Source: Candidatus Heimdallarchaeota archaeon
Lineage (GTDB): Archaea > Asgardarchaeota > Heimdallarchaeia > Hodarchaeales > Hodarchaeaceae
Length of the DNA: 10,032 nucleotides
Direction of reading: 5' to 3'
Assembly (NCBI GenBank): GCA_019057635.1
Contig: DXJL01000070.1
Span: 1 to 10,032 of the forward strand
A model generated the notes under the pieces. That model was not told the origin of the DNA, searched no databases, and saw only the letters and a program-made list of their open reading frames with translations. A program made the position numbers and the translations under genes. Numbering within the stretch: the stretch's first letter is position 1; each line of letters begins with the position of its first letter. Positions 6,249 through 10,032 of the stretch are shown one piece after another.

Positions 6249-8525
6249 TTAGCGAAGCGTTTGGGGAAAGGAGTAATCTTCTTGTATCAATTTTTCAAAT
6301 CCTATGAAGTCTACTTGGCCCTTTTTCAAAGTAGATTCAGCACTCTTAACATCAAAATCTCCATGCAAAATCAAAGGTAAGTCAGGTACAGTCTGCTTTA
6401 CTTGTTCGATGAGTTGGATCATTTCATCATCAGGTTTCCTGCTTTCAGGAAATCCTACGCTTAAGAGGTCAATTCCACAATCTTTAAATGAAGAAATGGC
6501 AGTTAATAACTCGGAGTTACTCATTCCTGAAAAAGGCATAGTAAAGTGAAATGAAAACATAATCTCTTCGGACAAATGCTCTTTAATAGCTTTTATAACC
6601 TCCAAAGGGAATCTTAATCTATTATTAAATGAACCACCATATTCATCAGGTCGTTGGTTTATGTGTGGAGAAAGAAACTGGCCAATTAAGCTTGAATGAT
6701 GTGCTGGGTGAATACAAGCAGATATTTCTAGAATATCGAACCCTATTAAGGATGCACGTATTGCTGCGAGTCTGTAATCTTCAATTACATTTTGTATTTC
6801 CTTTTTTGTAAGTGCTCGTGGAGTTTCAGAGTCAATAACATGTACTTTCCAAGGTGTTCGGGGGTCCTCACTTGTTAGGAAACTTGGGGCTGCGCCCCCG
6901 GCATGTCGAATTCTAATTCCAGCTAAAGCTTCTTTCTCGTGAATCTGTTCTACAACCTTGTTCATTCTCGGAATGACATATTCTTCATGAATCCCTACTT
7001 GGTTGCTGTGGTTTCTTCCTGAATTAGTGATGAAAGCAGGTTCAAGATAAACCAAACCTGCTCCTCCTTCAGCAGTTTTAGAATAATAGGAAATTCCTGA
7101 TTGGGTTAATTGACCTGAAAAATCTGCTATTTTCAGGTCATCAGTCATCGTTATTGAAGGGAGAACAACTCTATTTCGAGTCTTAAGCTTCCCAATTTGA
7201 TATTCATGCGTAAGAACTGATTCTTTTGGTACTCGATGACGGATTGATAAGAGTATCAATGTAGCAATCGTGTAAAGGGTTGCAGTAAACAGGAAAACAT
7301 AGATAAACCCATAAGAATCAACTATTAATCCTCCAAAGCTTGCAGATACAGACCAGAACATTCCCCATGCTAAGGTTTCAAGGGAATTCCATTTAGCTCG
7401 GTTTGAAACTGGAACAACATCCATTACAATGGAACGAGAGATAGGACCACTAGCGTTCATCAGGGCATTTCGGGAAATATAAAAGACAATTAATAACCCA
7501 ACTGAAAATTCAAACGATATGATAAAATTTTGATAAAGCAGAAGATTAACGACTAAACCTAATAAACACACAATAGCAAGACCTTGAACCAAAAACATTG
7601 AAATTATTCTTCCAAAAATGGAGATCATTCTTTGGGCAACCAATCCCATAAACCCAGATACCACATTGGTAATCCCGAAAACAATGTATGTGGTCGTTGG
7701 TCGTATTCCGTACTCTATTGCAAAAAGCACAGGAAAGAATGCAACAGTTGCCCCTGCTCCGAAACCTATAATGATACCGGAAATAACTATCGTTGTTGGG
7801 ATTATCCAATCATACTGGGGTTTGCGAATTTTTTTATTAAGGATTGAGTAATAATCCTCTGTAGTACTTAATACATCTTCCTTACTCGCTTTTATCAGAG
7901 AAGAATCGATTTTTTTCTTTTTGATGGAAACAAGTGCCTTATCATCTGAAACAAACAATACAGCGAGATATGATACAGCTGCAGCCGCAATTCCTACAAA
8001 GAGGATAGGACGAAGCAGCTCCACCTCCCAACTATCCCCATATAATAGCGAAAGTCCAGCTGCTAGAAAAGGACCTATTGCAGCTGCAATTAAATTTGTG
8101 AAGTGCATGGTGGCAAAGACTTTACTCCTATTCCCAGATTCTATACTGTCAGCTAATAGTGCCTGTGCTGCTGGTCCAGATAGTCCCCATCCTAATCCTC
8201 CAAACGCTTGAGATATGAAAAATAAATTTAAAACAGAATCTGAAGGAGGAAGATTAATCGCGTAGAACAGAATAATTTGCGCTAATAGTCCAAAGATTAC
8301 TGAAAATCGAACTAAAGTATCCCTGCGATATCGGTCTGCGATCCAGCCACTGGGAAATACAAAGATCGTTGAAGCCAATCCGCTCACTGTGAAAAGATTA
8401 CCAAGTACTACATTAGGTTGACCCAAACCGTCCGTTACATAAACAGCAAAAGCTGTTTGTACAATCCCAAATCCAATTGCAGCTGCGACAGTTTGAATGT
8501 AAGCTAGTCTAACATTCCAGTTCAA
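6249..8525 (-). CDS. MFS transporter fused to a C-terminal NADH:flavin oxidoreductase (Old Yellow Enzyme-like) domain
   Basis: 758 aa, TTG start. aa 1-430: about 12 hydrophobic segments in two halves with MFS motif A (GWIADRYRR) and a Lys-rich central loop. aa ~436-758: OYE hallmarks IGKLKTRNRVV, AEGGAGLV, HAGG, PRALTKKEI, GFDILEI and QFLSPHINQRPDEYGGSFNNRLRFPLEV. Confidence 0.9.
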   Translation of the reverse strand: MNWNVRLAYIQTVAAAIGFGIVQTAFAVYVTDGLGQPNVVLGNLFTVSGLASTIFVFPSGWIADRYRRDTLVRFSVIFGLLAQIILFYAINLPPSDSVLNLFFISQAFGGLGWGLSGPAAQALLADSIESGNRSKVFATMHFTNLIAAAIGPFLAAGLSLLYGDSWEVELLRPILFVGIAAAAVSYLAVLFVSDDKALVSIKKKKIDSSLIKASKEDVLSTTEDYYSILNKKIRKPQYDWIIPTTIVISGIIIGFGAGATVAFFPVLFAIEYGIRPTTTYIVFGITNVVSGFMGLVAQRMISIFGRIISMFLVQGLAIVCLLGLVVNLLLYQNFIISFEFSVGLLIVFYISRNALMNASGPISRSIVMDVVPVSNRAKWNSLETLAWGMFWSVSASFGGLIVDSYGFIYVFLFTATLYTIATLILLSIRHRVPKESVLTHEYQIGKLKTRNRVVLPSITMTDDLKIADFSGQLTQSGISYYSKTAEGGAGLVYLEPAFITNSGRNHSNQVGIHEEYVIPRMNKVVEQIHEKEALAGIRIRHAGGAAPSFLTSEDPRTPWKVHVIDSETPRALTKKEIQNVIEDYRLAAIRASLIGFDILEISACIHPAHHSSLIGQFLSPHINQRPDEYGGSFNNRLRFPLEVIKAIKEHLSEEIMFSFHFTMPFSGMSNSELLTAISSFKDCGIDLLSVGFPESRKPDDEMIQLIEQVKQTVPDLPLILHGDFDVKSAESTLKKGQVDFIGFEKLIQEDYSFPQTLR

Positions 8526-8575
8526 TGAGCAATCCCTTCAATAAATCGTAAAGAATGAAAGAAATCAATAGAGAT

Positions 8576-8604
8576 TGTAATATTGACACTTCATTAATAT
8601 TACA
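8576..8604. promoter_or_regulatory. inverted repeat in the divergent promoter region, candidate operator
   Basis: TGTAATATT (8576-8584) - 11 nt - AATATTACA (8596-8604); perfect 9-bp arms, located between the MFS-OYE start (8525, minus) and the cyclophilin start (8682, plus). Confidence 0.4.
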
Positions 8605-8681
8605 GATTAGGCAAGCACAAATACTTAATTCACAGCATAATACACATAGTTAAAGCCAAACAGAATAAATGATATGAGTAT

Positions 8682-9161
8682 GTGACTGAAATGACTAATG
8701 CTACAATAAAAACCAAGTACGGAGAAATTAAAATCGATTTTTTTGATGAAGTGACAAATACAGTAAAAAACTTCGTCTCACTGGCCGAAGATGGATTCTA
8801 TAATGGATTAGCATTCCATCGAAATATTCCTGGTTTTGTTTCACAGGGAGGCTGCCCTCAGGGAACAGGAACAGGTGGACCTGGATATAAAATACCTTGT
8901 GAAACCGATAAAAACAAAAGAAAACATAAACACGCTCGCGGATCCTTATCTATGGCTCATGCAGGACTGAATACTGGCGGATCTCAATTTTTTCTAGTAA
9001 GAGCTCCACAACCTCATCTAGATGGTGTTCACACATTATTTGGTAAGATTACTCAAGGCATCGATATCATCGATAAGCTCCAGAATGGTGATGTGATGGA
9101 GGAAGTCGTAATTTCGAATAAAAGTTCCCTAGTTGAGAATCATTCTTTAATAAAGATGTAA
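8682..9161 (+). CDS. peptidyl-prolyl cis-trans isomerase, cyclophilin type
   Basis: NFVSLAEDGFYNGLAFHRNIPGFVSQGG (catalytic Arg present), GTGGPGY, GSLSMAH, GGSQFF and PHLDGVHTLFG motifs. Start is GTG 8682 or ATG 8691. Confidence 0.95.
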   Translation: MTEMTNATIKTKYGEIKIDFFDEVTNTVKNFVSLAEDGFYNGLAFHRNIPGFVSQGGCPQGTGTGGPGYKIPCETDKNKRKHKHARGSLSMAHAGLNTGGSQFFLVRAPQPHLDGVHTLFGKITQGIDIIDKLQNGDVMEEVVISNKSSLVENHSLIKM

Positions 9162-9204
9162 GCTCTTCTTAACTATAAGAATAGTTATTTCTGTGGGGAT
9201 GTTC

Positions 9205-9211
9205 TTTTTTT
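9205..9211 (+). terminator. oligo-T tract, possible terminator for the cyclophilin gene
   Basis: T7 run in the short convergent gap (9162-9219). Confidence 0.3.
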
Positions 9212-9219
9212 CATATTTA

Positions 9220-9846
9220 CTAGACACGTGTTACTGTTTGTGGTTGTTGTTTCTCACTAATTTCAGACGTATTAAGTATATCAGCGAAAGTAGTGCTCCA
9301 TTCACGAATTAGTTGCCAATTTCTAAAATCATTAAGTTTACCATCGTTAACAACAAATCCACTAGATGATGATTCAGCAATTCTCTGGAGAATTTTCTTT
9401 TCCAGAAAGGAATAGTTACTGGAGGAAGAGAAGTCAAAGATACCTCCAAATGCCTCATAGATTACTTCTGGCCCCATCAATTGGAATTCGTCCAATATCT
9501 TGTACAGATATTTTTCTTTAGCCTTCTCATAGGTGTCAGGATTAGAAGCTTCACCAGAACTTACGAAAACCCCTAGAGGTTTACTTTTTAGTATTTTTCT
9601 ATTAGATTGCACAAAATCTAGCACTTCTTTGGCCCAGCTTGCCATTCTAATTCCTGATCCTATAATCACTCCAGTGTAGTTCGTTAAAGAAGGAGTTTGA
9701 GTTTCTGCATGTGTTTTCAAGTCGATGACATCAACATTTATTTCCTCGCGTCGAAGTACATCAGCGATTTCGTGAGCAATCTCACTAGTAGAACCAAAAT
9801 GAGACACATAGGCTAGTAATACTTGGGGTTTAGTCAATATAATCAT
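9220..9846 (-). CDS. flavodoxin-domain protein (HemG-like long-chain flavodoxin)
   Basis: FMN-phosphate loop AYVSHFGSTSEIA, VIIGSGIRMASW, KPLGVFVSS, EAFGG and C-terminal DFRNWQLIREW, as seen in HemG-like flavodoxins. Confidence 0.85.
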   Translation of the reverse strand: MIILTKPQVLLAYVSHFGSTSEIAHEIADVLRREEINVDVIDLKTHAETQTPSLTNYTGVIIGSGIRMASWAKEVLDFVQSNRKILKSKPLGVFVSSGEASNPDTYEKAKEKYLYKILDEFQLMGPEVIYEAFGGIFDFSSSSNYSFLEKKILQRIAESSSSGFVVNDGKLNDFRNWQLIREWSTTFADILNTSEISEKQQPQTVTRV

Positions 9847-10032
9847 CTCTATTTATCTTCTTTATTTGGACGATTATTTGTTTTATTCGGTTCGAGATTC
9901 AGAAGAATTATCATTTTGATGTATTTTGATGATTTATTATTTTAGGCTTGGTCAAACTGCTAGTTGAAAAACAAGTGAAAATATTTGGTTCGTAAAACCT
10001 GAACTATTCAACCAAGCTAAGGGTACTTAACG

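Noticed and set aside
6304-8211. Short ORFs at 6304, 6629, 7546, 7618, 7632 and 7921
   Set aside because: All lie within the MFS-OYE gene (antisense or alternative frame) and show no recognisable protein features.
9220-9846. Calling the flavodoxin hemG, or the electron donor for the activase
   Set aside because: Fold similarity only; there are no heme-synthesis neighbours and it is in a separate transcription unit from the activase.

Overview
AT-rich prokaryotic window, most consistent with an Asgard archaeon (Heimdallarchaeia/Hodarchaeales-like). That assignment is inferred from the roadblock and PCI-like domain content and is not proven. Gene order: (1) an IS200/IS605-type tnpB RNA-guided nuclease with a rearranged RuvC-II catalytic site and a hairpin-rich putative omegaRNA overlapping its 3' end; (2) a small Roadblock/LC7 protein closely coupled to an uncharacterised 652-aa protein that appears to contain tandem roadblock, PCI-like winged-helix, coiled-coil and split zinc-finger domains; (3) an HgdC-type acyl-CoA dehydratase activase, a PLP-dependent Thr/Ser dehydratase and a nitroreductase; (4) a highly self-complementary ~190-nt gap between convergent genes; (5) an MFS transporter fused in frame to a degenerate Old Yellow Enzyme TIM barrel; (6) a cyclophilin; (7) a HemG-like flavodoxin. 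The best candidates for something undescribed are the roadblock/PCI-like/Zn-finger module, the MFS-pseudo-OYE fusion and the structured intergenic element. All domain calls come from reading motifs by eye; no searches were run.
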